Source of the DNA: Candidatus Babeliales bacterium
GTDB lineage: Bacteria; Babelota; Babeliae; Babelales; Vermiphilaceae
Length of the DNA stretch: 64,000 bases
Direction of reading: 5' to 3'
NCBI GenBank assembly: GCA_963743635.1
Contig: CAVUQO010000002.1
Span: 352,001 to 416,000 of the forward strand
The position numbers and the translations under genes are program-made. The notes below the pieces were generated by a model that saw only the letters and a program-made list of their open reading frames with translations, was not told where the DNA came from and ran no database searches. How positions within the stretch are numbered: the stretch's first letter is position 1; each line of letters begins with the position of its first letter. This document shows, one piece after another, positions 52,671 through 61,517 of the stretch.

Positions 52671-53160
52671 TTAAGAGTTGTTATTCATATGCTTATCATC
52701 GTGCGGGATTGACCAGGTATCATCTTGAATGGGCAGCGGTGCAAAGCTTACCTGTTTAATGATGCGTGGCCTGACCGCCTCATTGATTGGGGATAATGAG
52801 AATCGGACATACTTGGTCGGGTCTGCGGGATATGATTTGACGATGTTTTGCATGCCAAACATAATATGAGCCATCACGAGGGTGGGTTTATTGCTGCCCG
52901 TTGGTATATCATATTCAATTGCTGCATACCGAGCTTTATGATAGATCGTACACTTTTTTAAGGTGATTTTATGCTGCGTGTGAGATAAATCGTTCGATGT
53001 ATAATTACCTTGGTCATCCACAGTATAGACTGTGTGTTCTACCGCTTCTCCCGTCTCCGCTTCCTATTACACAAATAGATGCAGTCAAGTGCATGATATC
53101 TGGCCCAGCGATAATTGATAATGGATATGTCATAAGCAGCATAATAAGACGATGGTTCAT
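52671..53160 (-). CDS. Secreted orphan protein (array family), frameshift near 53020
   Basis: GGAGG RBS; MNHRLIMLLMTYPLSIIA-GPD..., joins the 52671-53021 frame. Confidence 0.65.
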
Positions 53161-53311
53161 AGTTTTCCCTCCACAATTACAGTATTCCCAAAAAAGGAGG
53201 GTAGCAGAATTGCTTATAATAAAAAAAGGGAATGCGTTTTTGGTACACATTCCCTGAATAGATAGGTCGTTTTTTTAACGGTTATTATTACCTGCATTAT
53301 CATTCGTTATA

Positions 53312-53463
53312 GAATCTATCCCAAAATTAATTTTTGACATGAAAATGAAAGGTTTTTCATCTCCGTTACCCATTCGATACGCTTCGCTACTCAGGGCGAA
53401 CGGGGAATAAATATCATTATTGAGTAATTAATTCTAAGAATCTATGAATTTTGGAGTAGGTTC
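53312..53463. mobile_element. MITE-like element with TIRs enclosing a type A palindrome
   Basis: gaatctatcccaaaatt ... aattttggagtaggttc; inner ccattcgatacgcttcgctactcagggcgaacgggg. Confidence 0.65.
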
Positions 53464-53511
53464 ATAGTCAGATGTATGCTCTGGTAGGAGCTCTGTGAGA
53501 TGCGCTTCTAT

Positions 53512-54057
53512 TCATTGCTTATCTTGGATGATATAGGCGCCCGCTTTTACGATAATGGTTGGATCATCAGTTTCATATTCTTTAAACTCATTGAATGAGA
53601 AATCTCTATTATCTTTTGTAATTGGGGCATTGAACGCGTTTAACAGAGCGATAGAGGTGCTTATGCTTTCGGTAGTACGGTTGCTTGATTCAACGGGATC
53701 ATCTTCCAGCAAAGTATCAATATCTTCTGCTATGCGTTGTTGTTCAGGGCGTGGGCGCGGATTATATATAGCCTCAAAATCTATTCGGCATGTTTTAATG
53801 TCGCCGCCGCATACAAAAACGGGAATACTATATTTCAGATCATCACTGGGTTTTTTATGTTGAGCTCCAAGACCTGTCTTTTCATTGTAGATGTTATACG
53901 CATAAGCCAAGGTTTCGTGAGTACCACTGGATGAGGCATTTTTTTTGAGTATTTCTACCATGATTTTCACCGTCAGGTCTTTGGGCTTAGAATTGGATTG
54001 CCCAGCATGGACGATGATTGGTAACAGAAGGATAAGTAAGCTGACGGCGTGTTTCAT
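53512..54057 (-). CDS. Secreted orphan protein (array family)
   Basis: MKHAVSLLILLLPIIVHA-GQSNSKPK; AGGA RBS. Confidence 0.78.
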   Translation of the reverse strand: MKHAVSLLILLLPIIVHAGQSNSKPKDLTVKIMVEILKKNASSSGTHETLAYAYNIYNEKTGLGAQHKKPSDDLKYSIPVFVCGGDIKTCRIDFEAIYNPRPRPEQQRIAEDIDTLLEDDPVESSNRTTESISTSIALLNAFNAPITKDNRDFSFNEFKEYETDDPTIIVKAGAYIIQDKQ

Positions 54058-54064
54058 AAGGATC

Positions 54065-54592
54065 CTATTCATTGCCCGGATCACTTTTTATTTCAGACAA
54101 AAGTATATGCATATGAAGCATTGGATTGGTTGGATCTTTGCAAACCAGTGGGCACTTGCCACTAAAGTCCAATCTCAACCTGTCTTCTATTCGTTGGCCA
54201 TCTTTTTGGGTAGTGTACCGCAGAGATACGGTACTCAGCAAATGTTTCTCAAAAGCAGCAGATTGTATGATTGGCGTCAGAGTATATCCGTTTGAACTGA
54301 TGTTTTTAGTATAGGTGGCAGTCGCAGGAGCGAGATTAGAAATGCCATTTTTGCAGTTTCTAAATATCGCATAGTAGCTTGCTATAACTCTGGGATCATG
54401 GTCAGGAAGATCATCAATATCGTCCGAAAGAATGTGCCAGGTAAGTTTTAAATCAACTTTGCGATCATTATCTGGTTGCGATCGCATTGTATACGATCTA
54501 TCTTGCATTGCCATCATAGTGATCGGGCAGCATGTCAGAAGTAGTCCAAAGGACGAAGACTGAAGCAGAAGGAAAATGAGTATTCGTTTCAT
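54065..54592 (-). CDS. Secreted orphan protein with 33-bp type B palindrome in its signal peptide
   Basis: MKRILIFLLL[QSSSFGLLLTC]CPITMMA-MQDR. Confidence 0.75.
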   Translation of the reverse strand: MKRILIFLLLQSSSFGLLLTCCPITMMAMQDRSYTMRSQPDNDRKVDLKLTWHILSDDIDDLPDHDPRVIASYYAIFRNCKNGISNLAPATATYTKNISSNGYTLTPIIQSAAFEKHLLSTVSLRYTTQKDGQRIEDRLRLDFSGKCPLVCKDPTNPMLHMHILLSEIKSDPGNE

Positions 54593-54646
54593 CTGTTTCT
54601 TTCATAAAAATAAGTTAAAAACCATTACAGTATAGTGTTTTTATCT

Positions 54647-55459
54647 CTATATCTCAATCTCAAACACACGCTGAGCGTTGATGCTCGTTGCATATGCAAC
54701 TTCTTCTAATGATAAGCCGCGCAGCTGCGCAAGATATTCTGCGATGGTGCGAATTTGTGCGGGGCTGTTTTGTTTGCCGCGCATTGCTTGCGGCGGTAAG
54801 AAGGGCGCATCGGTTTCGAGAACAATTTTATCGAGCGGCACCGTGCGGGCGATTTCGCGCAGATATTCATTCTTCGGATACGTAATGATGCCGCCGAGGC
54901 CGATCACGAATCCCATCGCGATCACTTCGTTTGCAAATTCTTGATCTTCAGAAAAGCAGTGAATGATGCCGCGCGAAATTTGACCTTTATATTCTTGGAG
55001 GAATTCGAGGGTCTCGTCGCGTGCATCTCGCGTGTGCACAATTAATGCCAAATTTTCTTCCAAAGCGAGGTCAATTTGAGCACGAAATGCATCTTTTTGA
55101 CGATCCAAATTAGTATCTGGATAGTGCCTGTCCAAGCCTGTTTCGCCTATAGCGACAATTTTATTTTTTTTATGTTCTTTAACAAAACTCTTGATTTTCA
55201 AAAAATCAGTATGCCATGTTTGTGTACAGTCGTTAGGATGTATACCAACTGCAGCATGAATTGATGCATACTGACGAGCAAGTTGAATACAATTAAAACT
55301 TTCCACCAAGCTTGTACCAACGTTAATGATGGTTGTGACCCCCCGGGAGGAAGCTTCATCAACTATGGGCGCAGCAAGGCGAAGAACATCAGGAGTAATT
55401 TCTGTGTCGAATGTTTTTTTAATCATCAGGTTAATATGGCAATGTGTATCAATAAGCAT
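54647..55459 (-). CDS. tatD: TatD-family hydrolase
   Basis: DTHCH, GIHP, IGETGLD, HTRDA, IIHCF, LETDAPFL. Confidence 0.95.
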   Translation of the reverse strand: MLIDTHCHINLMIKKTFDTEITPDVLRLAAPIVDEASSRGVTTIINVGTSLVESFNCIQLARQYASIHAAVGIHPNDCTQTWHTDFLKIKSFVKEHKKNKIVAIGETGLDRHYPDTNLDRQKDAFRAQIDLALEENLALIVHTRDARDETLEFLQEYKGQISRGIIHCFSEDQEFANEVIAMGFVIGLGGIITYPKNEYLREIARTVPLDKIVLETDAPFLPPQAMRGKQNSPAQIRTIAEYLAQLRGLSLEEVAYATSINAQRVFEIEI

Positions 55460-55569
55460 AGCGCTCCTTTGTAATGACGATGCATGTAGCCTTCAAGAAT
55501 TTCTTTTAGGAAATCATTGGACTCTTCTAAGTTTTGATTCATTCAATATAGAACGAAAGCTTCTAGTAT

Positions 55570-55597
55570 TTGACAAACCGATAAATCGAACTACTAT
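55570..55597 (+). promoter_or_regulatory. Putative sigma70 promoter of hup
   Basis: TTGACA-16 nt-TACTAT. Confidence 0.6.
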
Positions 55598-55687
55598 AGG
55601 GTACTAGATGACAATAAAAAATAAAGTAGAGTTGTACTGAAGTAGCAGTCTGTTTAACCATTACTTACTTAATGTAAGGAGATAAGT

Positions 55688-55975
55688 ATGAACAAGAGTG
55701 AATTAATTGATTCGCTAAGCGAAGAAACAGCTTTCAGCAAGAAAGATGTTTCTCGTGTGCTTGACTCATTGACCCGTATTGTGGAACGCACCTTGAAAAA
55801 AGGTGAAAAGGTATCTATCACTGGGTTTGGAAGCTTCTGGCTTTCAAATCGCCCAGCTCGTAAAGGTATCAATCCATCGACGAAAGAGCGCATTAACCTC
55901 CCTGCGGTTAACGTACCTCGTTTCAAAGCTGGAAAAAACTTACGAGAAGTTGTTAGATCTGTTAAAGTTCGTTAA
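55688..55975 (+). CDS. hup: HU-family DNA-binding protein
   Basis: MNKSELID, GFGSF, RKGINPSTKE, PRFKAGKNL. Confidence 0.96.
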   Translation: MNKSELIDSLSEETAFSKKDVSRVLDSLTRIVERTLKKGEKVSITGFGSFWLSNRPARKGINPSTKERINLPAVNVPRFKAGKNLREVVRSVKVR

Positions 55976-56010
55976 GTGAAGCTTACGCTTTAAACGCAGG
56001 TTTTACTCGC

Positions 56011-56038
56011 TAAGGTCGCCATTGGCGACCTTTTTTAT
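56011..56038 (+). terminator. Terminator after hup
   Basis: aaggtcgcca-t-tggcgacctttttt. Confidence 0.85.
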
Positions 56039-56113
56039 TGGGCTTCGTAGAAAGCCTTCTTTTTATGTAGAGGGTTAACCATATGCATATAAGAAATCGA
56101 AGAGTTTCTCATT

Positions 56114-56180
56114 CCCCGCTCGCCCTGAGGGTTATGGGTCAAGTGAAACGAGACGAAAAACGTCTCGAACGGGTGCGGGG
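56114..56180 (+). repeat. Type A palindromic element
   Basis: ccccgctcgccctgagg...cgtctcgaacgggtgcgggg. Confidence 0.75.
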
Positions 56181-56379
56181 TAAAAGGTTATACGCTCATT
56201 AATAATCGCCAGCCTGGATCAATTAAAGCTGTCCTTTGAAGGTTTATGCGAACTAGGAATAAACTTTTCTGGCTCTTTATACGCCCTAAATCCTTCCCAA
56301 TAAGCTTGCCCATTGCATTTCTTTCGATCTGATTTACACTAAAGACCGTACGACTATGATCTAAACGCGCGGAGTTCAC

Positions 56380-57615
56380 ATGATCGATTTAGGCCTACTC
56401 AGAGAAGAACGAGAAAAGGTTATTGCCTTAATTAAGAAAAAAGAACCATCTTTTGATGCGCAAGCACTTGCGGATCTTGATGTCCAACAACGATCCCTTC
56501 GATCAGAAGTGGAAGCGTTGCGGGCTGAAAAAAACGAATTAGCACGCCAAGGCAAAGCGGGGATCACCCCTGAACTGCGCGAGCGATCGATTCACGTCAG
56601 CAAACAATTAAAAGAAAAAGAACCGCTCCTTGAAGAAGTGGAAGCACGCTTTAAGGAATTGTATCTTTCATGCCCAAATCTGATTTTGGACGATGTTCCA
56701 GCAGGGAACAAAGAATCCAATAAAGTAGTCAAAGAGTGGGGCTCAAAAAGATCATTCGATTTTCATGTGAAGAATCATGTAGAGCTGGGCGCTGAGCTTG
56801 GCTGGTTCGATTTCAATGCGGCGGTGACTATGACCGGCAGCAACTTTGTATTTTATAAGCGTGATGCCGTTAAATATATGTATGCGCTGACCATGTTCAT
56901 GCTTAAAAATAATATGAAGCATGGATTTGATCCGGTTATCCCTCCCTATATGATTAATGAAAAATCTCTAGAAGTTTCAGGGAATTTTCCTAAATTCCGT
57001 GAGCAGGTATATGCAATGCCAGCTGATGGATTATATATGTCCCCAACTTCAGAAGTAAATTTGGCAAGCATATACCGCGATCATATTTTCATGACGCAAG
57101 AATTACCAATTCGTTTGACCGCATGGTCCAGCTGTTTTAGACGCGAAGCGGGCGGTTACGGCTCAACTGAGCGTGGACTCATTCGTATTCATCAGTTTGA
57201 AAAAGTTGAACTTTACACCATTTGTACGCCAGAAAATTCACAAGATGAACAAGATCGCATGATTGCGAGTGCAGAAGATATTTTACAACAACTTGGTTTG
57301 CACTATCGCATTAGCTTATTAGCGGCACAAGATTGTTCATTCCAATCAGCAAAAACATATGACGTTGAAGTATGGTTGCCGGGCCAAAAAGCATATTATG
57401 AAGTATCATCAATTAGTAACTGTACTGATTTTCAGGCACGCCGTGGATTATTGCGATTTAAAGTAACGTCTGAAAGTAAAACAGAACTGGTTAACACCTT
57501 GAATGGTTCATCACTTGCATTACCACGCTTGATGGTGGCATTAATGGAAACCTATCAGCAAGCTGATGGCTCCATTGCAATGCCAGAGATATTGAAAAAA
57601 GAGGGTATTTTTTAA
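56380..57615 (+). CDS. serS: Serine--tRNA ligase
   Basis: N-terminal coiled coil, PTSEV, CFRREAG, GLIRIHQFEKVE, SNCTDFQARR, TLNGS. Confidence 0.98.
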   Translation: MIDLGLLREEREKVIALIKKKEPSFDAQALADLDVQQRSLRSEVEALRAEKNELARQGKAGITPELRERSIHVSKQLKEKEPLLEEVEARFKELYLSCPNLILDDVPAGNKESNKVVKEWGSKRSFDFHVKNHVELGAELGWFDFNAAVTMTGSNFVFYKRDAVKYMYALTMFMLKNNMKHGFDPVIPPYMINEKSLEVSGNFPKFREQVYAMPADGLYMSPTSEVNLASIYRDHIFMTQELPIRLTAWSSCFRREAGGYGSTERGLIRIHQFEKVELYTICTPENSQDEQDRMIASAEDILQQLGLHYRISLLAAQDCSFQSAKTYDVEVWLPGQKAYYEVSSISNCTDFQARRGLLRFKVTSESKTELVNTLNGSSLALPRLMVALMETYQQADGSIAMPEILKKEGIF

Positions 57616-57627
57616 CGAGATGGTAGC

Positions 57628-58503
57628 ATGATGTTATCGCACGAGATACTCACCAAAATTAAACACATCGAGATTTATACACGGCGTATTTTAAATAATA
57701 CGCTTGCCGGGGATAGCCGCTCTGCGGTGAGAGGTTCTGGTTTTGAGTTTGATCAGATTCGTGAATATCAAATGGGCGATGATGTCCGGTATATTGATTG
57801 GAAATCATCGGTTCGCATGAACACGTTGCTCACCAAGCAGTATATCGAAGAGCGGAGTCGGACGGTGATAGTGGCGGTTGATTGCTCAGGCTCAGCCTTT
57901 TTCTCATCAAATGAAGACTTGCGTTTTGATACGATCGCACGTATGGCAAGCGTGTTGGCGCTCGCAGCTGAATACAGCAAAGATCATGTCGGGTTATTGA
58001 TGTTTTCAGACAAGGTTGAACTGTTTATTCCGCCAAAACGAGGACGCATGCATACGCGCATGATTATGGAACGTTTATTTGATCGTAAACCGGCGCAAGT
58101 GGGGACCGATTTGAATAGTGCGTTTGAATATCTAGCGCGACGTACGATCAGCAAATCATTAGTATTCATGATCTCAGATTTTATTACGGAGCGACCATTT
58201 ACCAAATATATGGGAATTGTAGCGAAGAAACATGATTTAATTGCGATACGCTGCCTCGATCCGTATGAAAAAGAATTTCCTTCAGTGGGATTTTTGCCGA
58301 TACAAGATAGTGAGACGGGTGAAATAGCATTGCTTGATACGCGTGGTAAAGGTGGAGCTCGTCTCAATGCATTATTAGGCGAACGCGTTGTAGAACAAAA
58401 TCATCTTTTTAAACAGCATGGCATTGATCTTTTGGATGTGCGGATTGATCATTCGTTTATGAACGAACTGATTTCTTTTTTCCGTCGTCGTATGATGTAT
58501 TAA
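57628..58503 (+). CDS. DUF58-domain (VWA-like) protein
   Basis: GFEFDQIREYQMGDDVRYIDW, DCSGS, ISDF. Confidence 0.93.
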   Translation: MMLSHEILTKIKHIEIYTRRILNNTLAGDSRSAVRGSGFEFDQIREYQMGDDVRYIDWKSSVRMNTLLTKQYIEERSRTVIVAVDCSGSAFFSSNEDLRFDTIARMASVLALAAEYSKDHVGLLMFSDKVELFIPPKRGRMHTRMIMERLFDRKPAQVGTDLNSAFEYLARRTISKSLVFMISDFITERPFTKYMGIVAKKHDLIAIRCLDPYEKEFPSVGFLPIQDSETGEIALLDTRGKGGARLNALLGERVVEQNHLFKQHGIDLLDVRIDHSFMNELISFFRRRMMY

Positions 58504-58515
58504 GATGAGGATATC

Positions 58516-59031
58516 ATGGTAACGAATGAAACAGCAGAAATATACGATATTTACGGCATCTGGCATGTGCCATTTTGGCAAACAAGGCCTTTTATTATTA
58601 CGATGTGGATACTGTTTGGGTTACTCGTACTTGCATTCATATATGGCATTATCCGCTTGATACTCAAAAGAAAGAAAAAAGTGCAGCCATGGACGTGGGC
58701 AAATCGCGAACTTGATGCTTTGTGGAAACAGCGTGGTGTTACGCGAGAAGATGGTAAACGATTTTATTTTCAATTAACCGAGATTATTAAAATATATTTA
58801 GAAAAACGATATGGTTATCAGGTGCGCAGTGCCACTGATCTTGAGCTCTTAGCATACCTTCGTGAATGTGATTTCGCGCCAGACTTATGGAACGATTTAT
58901 CACTGATTTTTGAAGGCGCTCAAGAAATTAAATTTGCTAATTTAGATGCCATTCCAGAAGAAATAGAGCGCGCATTTGCGCTCGCCAAGGCATTTGTTGC
59001 CAAAACAAGTTCAAATACAGACGTAGTATAA
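58516..59031 (+). CDS. Single-TM protein of DUF58/Bat-type clusters (DUF4381-like)
   Basis: IYDI..TM..FYFQLTEIIKIYLEKRY..T..EL..IKFA. Confidence 0.65.
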   Translation: MVTNETAEIYDIYGIWHVPFWQTRPFIITMWILFGLLVLAFIYGIIRLILKRKKKVQPWTWANRELDALWKQRGVTREDGKRFYFQLTEIIKIYLEKRYGYQVRSATDLELLAYLRECDFAPDLWNDLSLIFEGAQEIKFANLDAIPEEIERAFALAKAFVAKTSSNTDVV

Positions 59032-59043
59032 GGTTGACGCTTC

Positions 59044-60204
59044 GTGTCATATGATTATTCCTCCGATACGCGTTCTTTATATATTCACTGGCCGTTTTGC
59101 CCATATCGGTGTGCATTTTGCCCCTTTGTGACGGTTGTTGGCCAGGATGAACATAAAGAGCGATATCACAAAGTACTCTGCGCAGAGATTGAAGCAGGTA
59201 TGCAGCAATTTGGCAGAAAATTGCCGTTAGATACGATATATTTCGGAGGCGGTACGCCAAGTACCTATCCGGATGACCTGCTACTTGACATGTTTGGTAT
59301 ACTAAGAAAAAGCTGTGAAATAACCGAGAAGACCGAGATAACGATAGAAGTGAATCCAGGTACCGTGCGTGAGGAACAAATGGAATTATGGAAAACATTG
59401 GGTATCAATCGGATTAGTATTGGAGTTCAAAGTCTCAATACGCGTGTTTTGCATTCATTAAACAGACGTCAAAGTGTGGAAGATGTAGCGTTTGTGGTAC
59501 AACATGCATCACACTATTGTGATCGCGTATCAGTAGACCTTATTATAGGTCTTCCTGGTGTATCAGAAGATGAATGGAAAACATTAGTGCAAACGGTTAT
59601 GCAATGGCCGATTCAACATGTATCGATCTATTTTCTGACGATACATGAGAACACGTTATTGTATTTTAGAGTGAAACAAAAAACGGTTTCGTTACCCTGT
59701 GATGATGCCGTGGTTGACATGTATATGTGGACGGTCGATACGTTGAGTCAGTATGGCTTTACTCAGTATGAAATTTCAAGCTTTGCAAAAGCAGGGTGTG
59801 AATCGAAACATAATAAAACGTATTGGCAACGTAAACCATATAAGGGATTCGGGCTCGGAGCATGCTCATTTGATGGGCATACTCGCACGCAAAATGATAA
59901 GAATTTTATGAAATATATGCAAAGTCTTGAAATGTCACAAGACGTAACAGTATTTTCTGAAACGTTAACCCAAGAGGATGCTCGTTTAGAAAGAATGATG
60001 CTTGCGCTACGTACCATGCATGGTTTATCTCACCAAGAATTAGTTGATGGATTAAATGATCATCAACAACAAGAAATAGATAAAACGATTGGTCTACTGT
60101 GTGAGCGCAAACTTCTTGTTATGCGCGACGAACGATTGGTATTAACACCGGCTGGATTGGCGATGGAGCATGATATTGCTGCTCGTTTATCAAGCTGTTT
60201 CTAA
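59044..60204 (+). CDS. hemW: Radical SAM heme chaperone HemW (HemN-like)
   Basis: LYIHWPFCPYRCAFC, FGGGTPS, EVNP, RISIGVQS, YEISSF, HNKTYW. Confidence 0.9.
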   Translation: MSYDYSSDTRSLYIHWPFCPYRCAFCPFVTVVGQDEHKERYHKVLCAEIEAGMQQFGRKLPLDTIYFGGGTPSTYPDDLLLDMFGILRKSCEITEKTEITIEVNPGTVREEQMELWKTLGINRISIGVQSLNTRVLHSLNRRQSVEDVAFVVQHASHYCDRVSVDLIIGLPGVSEDEWKTLVQTVMQWPIQHVSIYFLTIHENTLLYFRVKQKTVSLPCDDAVVDMYMWTVDTLSQYGFTQYEISSFAKAGCESKHNKTYWQRKPYKGFGLGACSFDGHTRTQNDKNFMKYMQSLEMSQDVTVFSETLTQEDARLERMMLALRTMHGLSHQELVDGLNDHQQQEIDKTIGLLCERKLLVMRDERLVLTPAGLAMEHDIAARLSSCF

Positions 60205-60254
60205 TGTAGATATATATAATTTAATGAATAGCTTTTACGATAAGGTGGGGCTGT

Positions 60255-60716
60255 ATGGCAAAGCATGTTGGGGTTAAATTACCTGATGATTTGATCAGTG
60301 TATTGAAAAAAGGAGAAACCGTTGCGATTTTGGCGACCTTTTCAGAAAAAGGGTTACCTCACACAACGCCGATACAATGCATTTATCCAAAAGGTCTTGA
60401 AAGCATTTTGATTACTATCAATAAAGATCATGCGGGATACCATAATATGGTATGGCAAAAGAAAGTGATGATGTGCTTTCTTGATGAAAATAACGTTGCT
60501 TACAGTGTGCTCGGTAGAGCAGGTGTAGTGCGCGCTCCATCACAAATTCATCCATTGATGAACGTGGTGCGTATCGATATCATTGATATTAAAAGCGACC
60601 GTTCCGTCTTGACTAAGGTTGAATCCGGTGTTAGATGGACATATACGTCATGGGAAGCCGAAGAGCTTTCAAAAGGTTTAATGGATGAGCTGAAAGATTT
60701 AGCAAAAACATTATAA
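60255..60716 (+). CDS. Pyridoxamine 5'-phosphate oxidase-like FMN-binding split-barrel protein
   Basis: ILATFSEKGLPHTTPI...HNM...KV.MCF pattern. Confidence 0.65.
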   Translation: MAKHVGVKLPDDLISVLKKGETVAILATFSEKGLPHTTPIQCIYPKGLESILITINKDHAGYHNMVWQKKVMMCFLDENNVAYSVLGRAGVVRAPSQIHPLMNVVRIDIIDIKSDRSVLTKVESGVRWTYTSWEAEELSKGLMDELKDLAKTL

Positions 60717-60763
60717 TTGTAGTGAAACTAATTAATTATTGAGCAAACAAAGGAGTATTGCTT

Positions 60764-60988
60764 ATGTCAAGTTGTAGTCAAAGATCATTTCTCATTGGTG
60801 GAATAATCTTGGTAGCTGTTGTTGTATTGTATTATATGATGCAATCTGGTTGTTGCGCGGGCCATAAATCAGAGGCGCAAACGGAATCTGCGCAGATGAA
60901 TACCTCGCTGGATGTTGAGAATGCGCAGCCAATTGAAAATCTCGAAGATGCTGAAGTAATAGCTGAAGCAGTATCTGAGGCGGCGTAA
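60764..60988 (+). CDS. Small single-TM acidic protein
   Basis: AGGAG RBS; SFLIGGIILVAVVVLYY. Confidence 0.65.
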   Translation: MSSCSQRSFLIGGIILVAVVVLYYMMQSGCCAGHKSEAQTESAQMNTSLDVENAQPIENLEDAEVIAEAVSEAA

Positions 60989-61054
60989 TAATATCGGCAA
61001 TCCAATCTGTTCTGATTGAGCAGTATATACCTTAACACTATAAAGGAAGTTTGA

Positions 61055-61369
61055 ATGCGTAATACAAAATCGTGGATCATTGGTGGCATAATCGTGATCA
61101 TTGCTGGCGTTGCAGTCTATGTTGCAGTCCAATCTAATTTCTTCTCTAAGAGTATGAAAGAAGACGCTGGAATCGTTGACGTTGATACTGATGTCGATTC
61201 TACTGGATCTTTAGACGCAGAAAATCCATATGACGAAGAAAATCCATATGACGAAGAAGGTCAATATGGCAAAGATGAAGATCACATGCCATCTGAAGAC
61301 TTTGTCGAACGTATCGATGTAGCAATCGATGCTGTAGACGTTGAAGTAGAAGAATCAGAAGCATTATAA
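61055..61369 (+). CDS. Small single-TM acidic protein with ENPYDE duplication
   Basis: SWIIGGIIVIIAGVAVYV; ENPYDE-ENPYDE. Confidence 0.7.
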   Translation: MRNTKSWIIGGIIVIIAGVAVYVAVQSNFFSKSMKEDAGIVDVDTDVDSTGSLDAENPYDEENPYDEEGQYGKDEDHMPSEDFVERIDVAIDAVDVEVEESEAL

Positions 61370-61517
61370 ATAACAATATGATAGCTCGAATGTTAGTTCA
61401 TGGTGCAGATCGTGAAATACATACGAGCTTTCAATCTATTAAATCACTACACTCAATGAATGAGCAAAACAGTATAATCATGATTGATAGAGTCTTGGGC
61501 AAAAAGGAGTCTTGCTT

